A stretch of DNA of 64,000 nt, taken from assembly GCA_013215565.1 (NCBI GenBank), contig JABSQV010000029.1, positions 29,219-93,218 on the forward strand, written 5' to 3'. Shown in pieces: positions 29,153-38,363 of the stretch (positions are counted from its first letter, which is position 1; every line of letters begins with the position of its first letter). The translations under genes and the position numbers were made by a program. This DNA is from Myxococcales bacterium. Lineage in GTDB: Bacteria; Myxococcota_A; UBA9160; SZUA-336. Below the pieces are notes generated by a model, which saw only the letters and a program-made list of their open reading frames with translations, was not told where the DNA came from and made no database searches.

Positions 29153-29941
29153 TCAGGATGCGGAGCGCTTGTGGCAGATCGCGAGCAGGTCGACGCACGT
29201 GGGGTCGGCCGGCCCGATCGGGAAATCCTCGACCCCGACCTCGGGCAGTCCGTCCCCGCGTTGGATGCCGCGCCGAACCCGAATCGCGAACTGTGCAAAC
29301 AGCCATTCGATCAGGGGCCGCGGGAGCCGTTCCCTCAGGCGCAGCGGGTCGAGCCTCAGGATCTTTCGAATGCGTCGCAAGCGGTCGTCCAGGTAGCGCG
29401 CGACCGCGGGGCTCGCGCCCACGCCCCGCATCTCCACCTCTGCGAAGTGCGGCAGCAGAATTCCGCGCAGTTCCTGGGCCTCGTACTCGTGCAGGTGGTA
29501 CGGGTTGACGCCGTCGGAGGTCAGGCGGTTCGGGGTCGTGATCAGCGCCGTTCCTCCAGGGCGGACCAGGCGCTGGATCGCTTCGAGGTAGGGTCCCGGA
29601 TTGTCGAGGTGCTCGATCACCTGAAAGCTCACGACCAGGTCGAAGGCGTCGGCAGCGAGCGGAATTCCGTGCAGGTCGGCGAGCAGGTAACGGGCGCCCG
29701 GCACGCGCGCCTCGGGGTCGGGCCAGACGCGATCGACCCCGACCACGAACGGGCGCCGCCCGGCCAGTTCAGCAGTTCCGTAACCGGAGCCGCAGCCCAG
29801 ATCGAGCACGCGCGGCGCCTCCGCGCCCAACTCGAGCGCGAACTGGTACGCGGCTCGGTGGCGCGCCAGGTCGACGCCGAACAGTTCGCTGCCGGCATGC
29901 AGTCGCTCTCCCGTGAACAGTACGTCGTCATGCCGACTCAC
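29153..29941 (-). CDS. Class I SAM-dependent methyltransferase
   Basis: FTGER, RHRAAY, VLDLGCGSGYG, FDLVVSFQVIEH, ITTPN, NPYHLHEY. Confidence 0.9.
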   Translation of the reverse strand: MSRHDDVLFTGERLHAGSELFGVDLARHRAAYQFALELGAEAPRVLDLGCGSGYGTAELAGRRPFVVGVDRVWPDPEARVPGARYLLADLHGIPLAADAFDLVVSFQVIEHLDNPGPYLEAIQRLVRPGGTALITTPNRLTSDGVNPYHLHEYEAQELRGILLPHFAEVEMRGVGASPAVARYLDDRLRRIRKILRLDPLRLRERLPRPLIEWLFAQFAIRVRRGIQRGDGLPEVGVEDFPIGPADPTCVDLLAICHKRSAS

Positions 29942-30873
29942 GAACTTCCCTCCCGGGTCGAGGCCAGTGCCTCGCGCGTCAGCTCCCGCGCAAACACGAG
30001 GCCGATGCCGGCGCGCAGCAGGATCAGCCCGAGCGAGAGCGTGAGACTGTAGGCCAGCAGCGCGGCGGGCTCCGCCCAGTGCTGGAAGATTTCGACGAAC
30101 GCCAGCTGGCCGGTGCCGAGGCCCGAGACCGCGATCGGAAGCGCCGCGATCAGGGCCACGGCTGCGAAGCCGACCACGAAATCGCCCAGCGGAATCCGGA
30201 TCTCAAACGCGGCGAGCAGGGTCCAGCCGAGCCCGATGAAGCTCGTCACGAACGCGAGCCGCAGTCCCCCGACGGCGAGCAGCGTCCGCCAGGGGGTCGT
30301 CCGCAGCGCGCGGAAGAAGGACAGAGAGCGGATGCGTTCGAACGGCCCGAGCGAGACCGGGGCGCGCAGCAGCGCCCCACCGCCCACGATTCCGATGCAG
30401 ACCACGCCGATCACGCCGGCCCGGAGCGCCGGCGCCTGCGTGGCGAGCAGTGCCGCGCCCGCGCCCGCGAGCAGCAGCAGCATCGCGAGATCCAGCATCG
30501 CGATCGTGACCACGACACCGGCCGCGTCCGACAGGGCCAGGCCGGATCTGCGTCGGATCAGCACCGCGAGTGCGGCGCCCCCGAGGCCGTAGTGAATCAG
30601 CTGGAGCGGATAGCTCGCCGCCTTGATCCGGGCGCAGGTCCAGCGGCCGAGCCCCGCGTGGCTTCCGCCCACGAGCCGGGTCAGCGACAGGGCCTCGATC
30701 CACAGGCTCACGGCGCCGTAGATGGCGAGCGCTGGGAGCCCGACCCGGGCCGCGCTTCCCGGGACGCTCTCGAGCACCGCGCGCGCGTCGACCTTCGTGA
30801 GCAGGAACGCGAAGGCGCCCCCGCTGATCACGAACGGCGCGATCCAACCGAGCCAGCGACGCAGCCCGCTCAC
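29938..30873 (-). CDS. Lysylphosphatidylglycerol-synthase TM-domain / flippase-like protein
   Basis: About 8 TM segments; LPIAVSGLGTGQ motif; GTG start at 30873 overlaps the upstream stop (3' part of ORF 29938..32457). Confidence 0.75.
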   Translation of the reverse strand: MSGLRRWLGWIAPFVISGGAFAFLLTKVDARAVLESVPGSAARVGLPALAIYGAVSLWIEALSLTRLVGGSHAGLGRWTCARIKAASYPLQLIHYGLGGAALAVLIRRRSGLALSDAAGVVVTIAMLDLAMLLLLAGAGAALLATQAPALRAGVIGVVCIGIVGGGALLRAPVSLGPFERIRSLSFFRALRTTPWRTLLAVGGLRLAFVTSFIGLGWTLLAAFEIRIPLGDFVVGFAAVALIAALPIAVSGLGTGQLAFVEIFQHWAEPAALLAYSLTLSLGLILLRAGIGLVFARELTREALASTREGSS

Positions 30874-32225
30874 GGAGTGACCGGCTTCCAGTCGATGCCC
30901 GGGAGCTCCAGCGGCTTCTCGAATACCGGACCGAAGGTGAAGGTCACCGCCACGGCGGCCACGAGCAGCGCGAGCCAGGCCCAGATCGCCAGCGAGCCAA
31001 TTCCCCCCGGCTGTGTCCAGCGATCGAGCGTTTCGCTGGCGTAATACGCGAACGGCACCGAGATCCCGAGCAGGTAGCTGCCCTTCACGGTCGCGAACCA
31101 GGGATTGCGCCAGGTGAAGAACGCGTAGCCGCCGAGCGTCGCCGCCACCAGCAGCAACTGCGGGAGATCCGGCCCGAGTTCGCCGCGCAGGACGCGCGCG
31201 GCGCCGCGCGCGAGCCCCCACAGGAAGGCCGCCGTTGGCAGCAGGGCGAGCGTCAGGATCGCGATCGCGGCGCGCGTGACCGCCGGGTCCTGCTTGGCCA
31301 TGAAGTGCCGGTATCCGTCGAACCAGACCGTGTGGTAGGTACTGCCCCAGACCGAGTGGAGCAGGTCGGCCGAAAGCAGATTCGGGTTCGTGAAGGTCGA
31401 GAACGGCAGGTACACGTAGTCGAACAGGCCGCGGCTTCCGGGCGGCATCGAGAACATGACCTCGTGCGCCTGGAGTGCATAGGGGTACAGGTAGCCGTAC
31501 TCCACCCAGTTTCGGATGAAGTACCAGCCCCCGCTGGCGAGCGCGACGCTGAGCAGCAGGCCGATCCGGGCGGCCCCGATTCCGGGCCTGCGGCCGCGCC
31601 AACTCGCGATCGCGAAGCTGAGGGCGGCGACGCCGATCACGAGGGCGCCGGTGAGCTTGGTCAGCAGCGCGAGCCCGGCCACCAGTCCGATTCCGGCGGC
31701 CGACAGCAGGGGCCGCCGGGGCGGCCCGCTGCGCGAGAGTTCCAGCGCAAGCGCGGTGACCACAATCGAGGTAAAGCCCGAGACGACGATTTCTTCGTTG
31801 AGCATCGCGCTCATGTAGATGTGGACCGGCAGAAACAGCAGCAGCGCGCCCGCGAGCAGCGCCCGCCGGAAGTTGCCCGGATCTACCCGCAGCACCAGGG
31901 TCACTGCGAGCGCGACCGAAACGATCCCGAGGGCGCTCCCGAAGAGCCGCGTCGCTGCGATCTGGACCGCCCCCGGCGGACGTCCGAGCGCGTGCCCGAT
32001 CGCGGCGGATGCGTAGTAGTAGAACGGGGGATGCGCGGTGGACCAGCCGGCGTCCGGGGCCGGGAGCGCCCAGGATTTCATCAGCCCGAGGATGTAGGTC
32101 CAGTTGAACGAGGCGTCGTAGCCCATGTTGAGTCCGTACGCGAGGGCGTTGTGGATCCGGATCGCGATCCCGGCGCCCCCGAGGACGAGGCCCGCGAGCA
32201 GCCAGGGGTTCAGGAGCCGGCGCAT
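30870..32225 (-). CDS. GT-C (PMT/ArnT-like) glycosyltransferase
   Basis: GYD after TM1, HPPFYY, LNEE, LALLTK, GWYFIRNW; multi-TM. Confidence 0.8.
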   Translation of the reverse strand: MRRLLNPWLLAGLVLGGAGIAIRIHNALAYGLNMGYDASFNWTYILGLMKSWALPAPDAGWSTAHPPFYYYASAAIGHALGRPPGAVQIAATRLFGSALGIVSVALAVTLVLRVDPGNFRRALLAGALLLFLPVHIYMSAMLNEEIVVSGFTSIVVTALALELSRSGPPRRPLLSAAGIGLVAGLALLTKLTGALVIGVAALSFAIASWRGRRPGIGAARIGLLLSVALASGGWYFIRNWVEYGYLYPYALQAHEVMFSMPPGSRGLFDYVYLPFSTFTNPNLLSADLLHSVWGSTYHTVWFDGYRHFMAKQDPAVTRAAIAILTLALLPTAAFLWGLARGAARVLRGELGPDLPQLLLVAATLGGYAFFTWRNPWFATVKGSYLLGISVPFAYYASETLDRWTQPGGIGSLAIWAWLALLVAAVAVTFTFGPVFEKPLELPGIDWKPVTP

Positions 32226-33343
32226 CAGGTACCGGCCCGAGCCGCGTCGAGGGCCTCGGCCATTTCGCTCGCGCACCGGTCCCAGCTGAATCTGCCGGAC
32301 CAGGCCAGGGCCGCGGCGGACATGCGCGTGGCCAGGACGTCGTCGTCCAACAGTTCAGCGATCCGCGTCGAAAAAGCCTCGACGTCTCCTTCCGGCACCA
32401 GGAAGCCGGTCTCGCCCGGGCGCACCGAATCGCGCAGTCCAGGCGCGTCGGTTGCAACCACCGGGGTCGCCACGGCGTTCGACTCGATCACCGTGAGGCC
32501 CCAGCCCTCCTTGGCCGAGGGACACACGCAGACCCGGGTCTCGGCCAGCAGCCGATTGCGCTCGGCGTTGGAGACGAAGCCCATGAAGCGCGTGCGCTCC
32601 GCAATGCCGAGTTCGCGCGCGAGCGCCTCGAGTTCGGACTGTGCCGAGCCGCGCCCGATCACCACGATCTCGGTCCGGGGAAAGCGCTCGGCCAGCCGCG
32701 CCATCGCGCGCAGCAGCAGGTCGACGTTCTTGTAGGGCTCCAGGCGCCCGAGGTACGCGACCCGGTCGGGCGCCGGCCGCGCCGGATCGACCTCGAGCTT
32801 CGGCGCCTCGATCCCGCAGTGGATGACGCGGATCCGCTCCCGCGGGATGCCGCGGCGCGCGAGGTCGTCGCGGGAACTCTCCGAGATTGCGACGAAAGGC
32901 CGGCGCCGGTAAAGCGCTGGAATCGCGCGCTCGGCGAGCCAGACGGCCGCCGCGATCGGCCACGCCACCTGCATGAAGGCGGTCTCGCCGAACAGGTGAT
33001 GGCACAGCGCCAGGACCGGAGCGGCCGAGTAGACGGGCGAGTAGAACGGGACCTTGTTCAGGCACTCGACCACCAGGTCGAACCGGCCGCGGCGAGTCTC
33101 GAGCGCACACAAGCCGGCGACCCGGGGATAGTAGAGCGGCAGCGCGCCGAGCCGGCGCACCTCGATCCCGGCGATCGTCTCGCGCGGGGCGCAGCCCGCG
33201 AAGCTCGAGGCGGCCAGCGTGACCTCGTAGCCCCGGGCCGCGAGCCGGCCGAAGGTCTCGGCCACGTGGATCTCGGCGCCTCCCGCCTTCGGATGTGCCG
33301 GGTCGCGCTCGTTCAGAACCAGTACGCGGGAGCCGCGGCTCAT
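32225..33343 (-). CDS. Glycosyltransferase family 4
   Basis: HPKAGGAE, YLGRLEPYKN, PSAKEGWGLTVIESNA..TPVVATDAPGLRDSV. Confidence 0.92.
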   Translation of the reverse strand: MSRGSRVLVLNERDPAHPKAGGAEIHVAETFGRLAARGYEVTLAASSFAGCAPRETIAGIEVRRLGALPLYYPRVAGLCALETRRGRFDLVVECLNKVPFYSPVYSAAPVLALCHHLFGETAFMQVAWPIAAAVWLAERAIPALYRRRPFVAISESSRDDLARRGIPRERIRVIHCGIEAPKLEVDPARPAPDRVAYLGRLEPYKNVDLLLRAMARLAERFPRTEIVVIGRGSAQSELEALARELGIAERTRFMGFVSNAERNRLLAETRVCVCPSAKEGWGLTVIESNAVATPVVATDAPGLRDSVRPGETGFLVPEGDVEAFSTRIAELLDDDVLATRMSAAALAWSGRFSWDRCASEMAEALDAARAGT

Positions 33344-33347
33344 TCCC

Positions 33348-34064
33348 TCAGAGCCGTCCGAGGGCGTCCGCGATCCGCAGCCACCAGACGACCCAGAGGG
33401 CCTCGACGCCGATGCGCAGGTTCATCTTGGAGGTGCCTCTGGTGCGGTCGACGAAGAAGAAGGGGATCTCTTTGATGCGGGCGCCCTGCTTGACGAACCG
33501 ATAGTTGAGCTCGATCTGGAACGCGTAGCCGTCCGACGTGATGTGCTCGAAGCCGACGCGCTCGGCCAGTTCGCGCCGTATGCAGCGGAAGCCCCCGGTG
33601 GTGTCCGTGATCGGGAGTCCCGTGATCTTGCGCGCGTACCAGTTGCCGAAATAGCTGATCAGGATCCGCTCGATCGGCCAGTTGACGACCGTGATCCCCT
33701 TCAGGTAGCGGGACCCCAGCACCACGTCGTGGTTCTCGATCTCGCGCAGCATCGTCTGCAACTCGGCCGGTGGGTGCGAGAAGTCGCAGTCCATCTGAAA
33801 GATCAGCTCGGGGTTCAACTCGAGGGCCCGCGTGAGCCCGGCCCGGTAGGCGGCTCCGAGTCCCCGCTTCTCCGGACGGTGGAGCACGTGAACCCGGCCC
33901 GTCTGTTCCACCAGATCATCCGCGATCTTCCCGGTATGGTCCGGGGAGTTGTCATCGACCACCAGCACCTCGAGCCCCGGGTCCTGGGCGAGCACCTCGG
34001 GTACGATGCGAGCCAGATTCTCGGCCTCGTTGTAGGTCGGGATGATCACGATCCCGCGTGGCAT
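33348..34064 (-). CDS. Polyprenol-monophosphomannose synthase-like GT2
   Basis: IIPTYNEAEN, VVDDNSPD, GLGAAY, QMDCDFSHPP, DTTGGFR, GYAFQIE, FVDRTRGTSKM. Confidence 0.92.
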   Translation of the reverse strand: MPRGIVIIPTYNEAENLARIVPEVLAQDPGLEVLVVDDNSPDHTGKIADDLVEQTGRVHVLHRPEKRGLGAAYRAGLTRALELNPELIFQMDCDFSHPPAELQTMLREIENHDVVLGSRYLKGITVVNWPIERILISYFGNWYARKITGLPITDTTGGFRCIRRELAERVGFEHITSDGYAFQIELNYRFVKQGARIKEIPFFFVDRTRGTSKMNLRIGVEALWVVWWLRIADALGRL

Positions 34065-34199
34065 TGTGGCGACTCCCTGGGTTCCCGAGAGCGTAACGGT
34101 CGCAGGGACCCAGTAACAGGTGGCGGGTAGAGGTGTCTCGGTGGCGGGCTGCCGCCCGGCTGCTGCTTCCAAGCGCCGCGGTCCGGGCGCGTGCCGGCC

Positions 34200-34289
34200 T
34201 CAGGCGGCCGCGCGCTGCGCGGCGAGGACCCACCGACCGCGCTCGGCCAGGGCCTTGAAGAGATCCAGGAACGCTTCGAGTCCTGGCAT
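34200..34289 (-). CDS. Possible small protein (29 aa)
   Basis: MPGLEAFLDLFKALAERGRWVLAAQRAAA*, preceded by GGGGAGGGGG; amphipathic helix; below the ORF track cutoff. Confidence 0.35.
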   Translation of the reverse strand: MPGLEAFLDLFKALAERGRWVLAAQRAAA

Positions 34290-34307
34290 GCCGCCGCCCC
34301 CTCCCCC

Positions 34308-34337
34308 GCCCGGGCCCGAGCCCGGGCCCGGGCCCGG
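34308..34337. repeat. GCCCGG hexamer x5
   Basis: GCCCGG GCCCGA GCCCGG GCCCGG GCCCGG in intergenic DNA. Confidence 0.8.
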
Positions 34338-34454
34338 GGCATGAAGGATTCGTAATCCCGCAGACAGGCTCCTGTCAGAAGCCGGGAGCAGCCTGGACGT
34401 CTACGCAAAAGACGCCGGGCCCGGTGGCCCGGCCCGAACCAAAGGAGTATCGGG

Positions 34455-35507
34455 ATGCGAACCAAACGAAGCAGTGTGGCGGTGGCGGCCGGTCTGGCCG
34501 TGGTGCTCGGACTCTGGTCCGGGTGGAGCGTGTACGCGGACTCCGGGCGCAAGCCGGACGCCGCGCCGGGAACGCTCTACGCGCTCGCGACGCGCGTTCC
34601 GCAGGAAGTGCTGGTGGAGGTGAATGGCGAACCCCTGACCCGGAGCGAGGTCGACGCCGCGGTCGAGGCGCTTTTCGGCGCGGAACTGAGTCGGCTGCCG
34701 AACGCCGAGCGGGCGGTGGTGCGCGGCCAACTCGAGGCCCGGGTTCTGGATGACCTGATCTCGCGGACGCTGCTCTTCCAGGATGCCCGGGTCCAGAAGA
34801 TCGCGATTGCCGGGGACGAGGTCGACGCGTCGCTCGCGCGGCTGGCGGCGAGCCTGCCTGTGGGTGCGACGGTTTCAGACTACGCGGCGGCGGTCGGGAT
34901 CACGCCCGAGGATCTGCGCGAAAATATCGAGCTGGGCCTGCGCGTGGAGGCCTTGCTCGCGCGGGAACTCGACGCGGTCGAGGTTCCGAGCGAGGGCGAG
35001 GTGGCGGCCTTCTACGCCGAGAACCGCGAACAGTTCGAGTTGCCCGAGCGTGCCGAGGTGCGCCACGTGCTGATCGCGGTCGGCCCCGATGACGCTCCGG
35101 CCGTACGCGAAACGAAGCGGGCCGAAGCCGAGCGGATTCGCGAGCAGCTCTCGGGCGACCCGGATGCGAACTTCGCGAGGGTGGCGGCCGAGGACTCCGA
35201 CTGTGGCAGTGCGGCCGATGGCGGCCGGCTCGGCGCCATCGCACGCGGCGACCTGGTCGCGGCCCTGGAGCAGGCGATCTTCGCGCAGGAAGTCGGCGAG
35301 ATCGGACCCGTGGTGGAGACTGAGTTCGGCTTCCACGTGATCCGAGTCGACGCCCGCAGCGAGCCCTCCAGCACGCCGCTCTCCGCGGTCGCGGACGCCA
35401 TCGCACAGAGCCTGACCGAGCAGCGGCGCGAGGGTGCGCTTGCGAACTACATCGCGGCCCTCGAGGCTGCTGCCTCGATCGTGTTTCCGGCGCAGGCGCC
35501 CGCCTGA
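34455..35507 (+). CDS. PpiC/parvulin-type peptidyl-prolyl isomerase (SurA/PrsA-like)
   Basis: AAGGAG RBS; N-terminal TM; VNGEPLT, VRHVLI, FARVAAEDSDC.SAADGGRLG, VETEFGFHVI. Confidence 0.9.
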   Translation: MRTKRSSVAVAAGLAVVLGLWSGWSVYADSGRKPDAAPGTLYALATRVPQEVLVEVNGEPLTRSEVDAAVEALFGAELSRLPNAERAVVRGQLEARVLDDLISRTLLFQDARVQKIAIAGDEVDASLARLAASLPVGATVSDYAAAVGITPEDLRENIELGLRVEALLARELDAVEVPSEGEVAAFYAENREQFELPERAEVRHVLIAVGPDDAPAVRETKRAEAERIREQLSGDPDANFARVAAEDSDCGSAADGGRLGAIARGDLVAALEQAIFAQEVGEIGPVVETEFGFHVIRVDARSEPSSTPLSAVADAIAQSLTEQRREGALANYIAALEAAASIVFPAQAPA

Positions 35508-35576
35508 GCCCGGCCCGGCCCGGCCCGCGCGCTGCGCTAGCGGTCCGGGTTCCGGGCGGCGTATGCTCCCGCTTCG

Positions 35577-36749
35577 ATGCTTGCGCTCGGAGTCTCGTTC
35601 CTGGTCGCGTGTGGGCTGATCCTACTGCTCAAGCGTGTCGGCCAGTCATCGATTGTCGCCTGCCTGGTTGCCGGGCTGCTGCTCCAACTGCTTTCGGGCG
35701 CGGTCGGAGGCGCGCACGCCGCCACGCGCGACGACATGCAGGAGATGGGCATTCTGCTTCTGCTGTTCATGGCGGGTCTCGAAACCGACCTCGGCCTGCT
35801 GCGGCGAGACTGGAAGCTCGTCGGGATTACGGGACTCGGACAGATCGCGGTGAACCTCGCCGTGGCCTCCGCGCTCGGCCTGGGCCTTGCGCAGCTCGGC
35901 TGGATCGAACTCGGCGACCGCACCGCAGTGCTCGTCTTCGGGCTCTGCCTCACGCTCTCATCGACGGTGGTGGTGCTCGGCCTGCTGCGAACCCACCGCG
36001 CGACCGGGACCCGCTACGGGCAGGCGATCGTCGGGCTGATGGTTCTCCAGGACCTGGTGGCCGTCGTCGCCCTCTCCCTGCTCGGGCTCGAGGAGGGGTC
36101 GCACTCGCTGGGTCCCCGCCCGCTGATGCGGCTTTCGGTCGAGCTGGTTCTGCTCTCGGGCCTGATGCTGCTGGCCGGGCGCACGCTGCTTCCGTGGATC
36201 CTGGTCCGGATCGAGCACGACGAGAGCATGCTCTTGATCGGCGCAATCGGCTGGTGCACGGCGATCGCCGGGACCTCGCACTTTACCGGGTTCCCGCCCA
36301 CGATCGCCGCGTTCCTGGCCGGGGTCGCACTCTCCGAGACGCCCCAGAAGCACGCGATCGTGCCCCGGATCGAACCGCTGAAGACCTTCGGCCTCACGAT
36401 CTACTTTATCTATCTGGGCTTTTCCCTCGATCTCACATCGTTCGAACCATCCATGTTCGGCCCGATCCTGCTCGGCGTGGGATTGATCGTGGCGGGCAGA
36501 CCCGCGTTGATGCGCGTTCTCGGTCGTTGGGGCGGGCTCGACTCGCACGGGGCGCAACGCTTCGGGAAGACCATCAATCAGGGTTCGGAGTTCGCGATGA
36601 TCCTGGCCGCGGGCGCGCTCGCGGCGGGGGTGTTTACGCGCGACACGTTCCTGGTCGTGGTGCTGATCAGCGTCGCGAGCCTGGTGATCGGGGCCTGGAC
36701 GCACGACCATCCGCCGCACCGTACAGCTGCCCGGGACCCCGCGGGCTGA
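35577..36749 (+). CDS. Cation:proton antiporter (CPA2, Kef-like membrane domain only)
   Basis: EMGILLLLFMAGLE, LSSTVVV, VLQDLVAV, AFLAGVAL, QGSEFAMI. Confidence 0.88.
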   Translation: MLALGVSFLVACGLILLLKRVGQSSIVACLVAGLLLQLLSGAVGGAHAATRDDMQEMGILLLLFMAGLETDLGLLRRDWKLVGITGLGQIAVNLAVASALGLGLAQLGWIELGDRTAVLVFGLCLTLSSTVVVLGLLRTHRATGTRYGQAIVGLMVLQDLVAVVALSLLGLEEGSHSLGPRPLMRLSVELVLLSGLMLLAGRTLLPWILVRIEHDESMLLIGAIGWCTAIAGTSHFTGFPPTIAAFLAGVALSETPQKHAIVPRIEPLKTFGLTIYFIYLGFSLDLTSFEPSMFGPILLGVGLIVAGRPALMRVLGRWGGLDSHGAQRFGKTINQGSEFAMILAAGALAAGVFTRDTFLVVVLISVASLVIGAWTHDHPPHRTAARDPAG

Positions 36750-36809
36750 ACGGCTGCCGGCGCTGCGTCGAGCTGGCTTTCGCGCGGCTGCCGCTGCTAG
36801 CCTGTGGCG

Positions 36810-37379
36810 ATGAGCGACGGCGAAGCGCCCGGCGCAAATCCGGCCGTGTCCGGTGCCGCGCGACGCGCGGGCGCGTCTCCCGGGCGCCGAATCGAGTTTC
36901 TGATCGTCGGGCTCGTGATTCTGGGGGCGCTCGGCGTGGGCGTCACGAACTACTCGCCGCTCTGGGGATTCAGGTACTGGGTTGCGATGGTGCCGGTCTT
37001 CGGCGCCGTGTGCGGCACCGTCAGTTGGGCTCGGGTTCGCGCCCGCGGCGAGACGCTGACCGGCCCGGTGCGACGCCAGGCCCTGCACTGGCTCGGACTG
37101 CTGGCCGCCGTCGGTTTGATCTACCTGCTCACCGAGGCCGGACGCATGGCCGACACAGCCGCGGGACCCGTGGCGCTGCTCTGCCTCGCACTCACGACCT
37201 TCCTGGCGGGTGTCCACACGGATTGGCGCATCAGCCTGGTGGGCGGGCTGCTGGGCGGCGTGGTGCTCGCGCTCGCGCTGGTCGAATACTTCGCCTGGAT
37301 CCTGCTGTCGCTGGCCGCGGCCGCGGCGCTGCTGGCCGTGTGGGTGTGGCGCCGGAGCGCGGGTGCGAAAGCTCAGTAG
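36810..37379 (+). CDS. Hypothetical membrane protein (about 6 TM)
   Basis: Hydrophobic helices, QALHW and FLAGVH motifs; high-GC3 codon pattern. Confidence 0.7.
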   Translation: MSDGEAPGANPAVSGAARRAGASPGRRIEFLIVGLVILGALGVGVTNYSPLWGFRYWVAMVPVFGAVCGTVSWARVRARGETLTGPVRRQALHWLGLLAAVGLIYLLTEAGRMADTAAGPVALLCLALTTFLAGVHTDWRISLVGGLLGGVVLALALVEYFAWILLSLAAAAALLAVWVWRRSAGAKAQ

Positions 37380-38146
37380 AGGGTCGCGGACCGGCCCCCA
37401 TCACACGTGATCAAGCAGCCGGTGGTGTAGGCGCTGGCGCGCGAGGCCAGGAAGATCGAGACCCCGGCGATGTCCTCGGGCGTGCCGATCCGGCGCCGCG
37501 GATTCTGGGCGATGATCTGGTCGCGGAAGTTCTCGAGCGTCCACTCCATCATCTTGCTTTCGAACGGACCGGGTGCGATCGAGTTCACCAGGATGTCGTC
37601 TTTTGCGAGGTGCTTGGCGAGATGCCGCGTGAGGTGGATCAAGCCCGCCTTGCTGGCCGAGTACGAATAGGTCCCGAACTCGGGCGTGGTGAAGCCGTCG
37701 ACCGAGGCGATGTTGATCACGCGCGCCGGTTCCTCAAAGGTCGCCGCGGCCCGCAGCAGCGGCAGCAGCTTCTGCGTGAGAAAGAACGGGGACTTCAGGT
37801 TCAAGCTGAGCACCTTGTCCCAGCCCGACTCCGGAAACTCGTCGAGGTCGGCCCCCCAGCTCGCGCCCGCGTTGTTCACCAGGACGTCGAGCTGCGGCTC
37901 GCGTTCTCCGAGTTCGTCGACCAGGCCCTGGATTCCGGCGCGGCTCGAGAGATCGAACGGGAGGGCGATGCAATCTCCGAGCTTGGAGAGTTCGTGCGCG
38001 ACGCGCTCGCAGGCCTGGGCTTTGCGCGAACTCACGTACACGCGCGCTCCGTGGTGGACGAAGCCGGTCGCGATCATCTCTCCGATGCCGCGAGAACCGC
38101 CCGTCACGACGACCACTTTTCCTTCGACCGAGAACAGGTTCTTCAA
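37373..38146 (-). CDS. Short-chain dehydrogenase/reductase
   Basis: GGAGG RBS + TTG 38146; VVTGGSRGIG, NNAGASWG, YSYSASK, IAPGPFESKM. Confidence 0.92.
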   Translation of the reverse strand: MKNLFSVEGKVVVVTGGSRGIGEMIATGFVHHGARVYVSSRKAQACERVAHELSKLGDCIALPFDLSSRAGIQGLVDELGEREPQLDVLVNNAGASWGADLDEFPESGWDKVLSLNLKSPFFLTQKLLPLLRAAATFEEPARVINIASVDGFTTPEFGTYSYSASKAGLIHLTRHLAKHLAKDDILVNSIAPGPFESKMMEWTLENFRDQIIAQNPRRRIGTPEDIAGVSIFLASRASAYTTGCLITCDGGRSATLY

Positions 38147-38363
38147 GTCCGCCTCCCTCGCCGGCGCTTCGGAGCGCGCTCGCTCCGGGGCTTCGATGCG
38201 CCGCGCAGTTGTTCTACCGCATCGGGCGGGCACTGCGCGAGCCGCCCGTGGGGACCCGGGCCGGGGGCTTCGGCTGGGGCCGGCCCTGGTATTGTGGGCT
38301 GGATCGAATCCGGGCGCCGGCGCGACGCCGGCGGGCCGGGCGGTCGCGGAAGCGGAGGACCCG

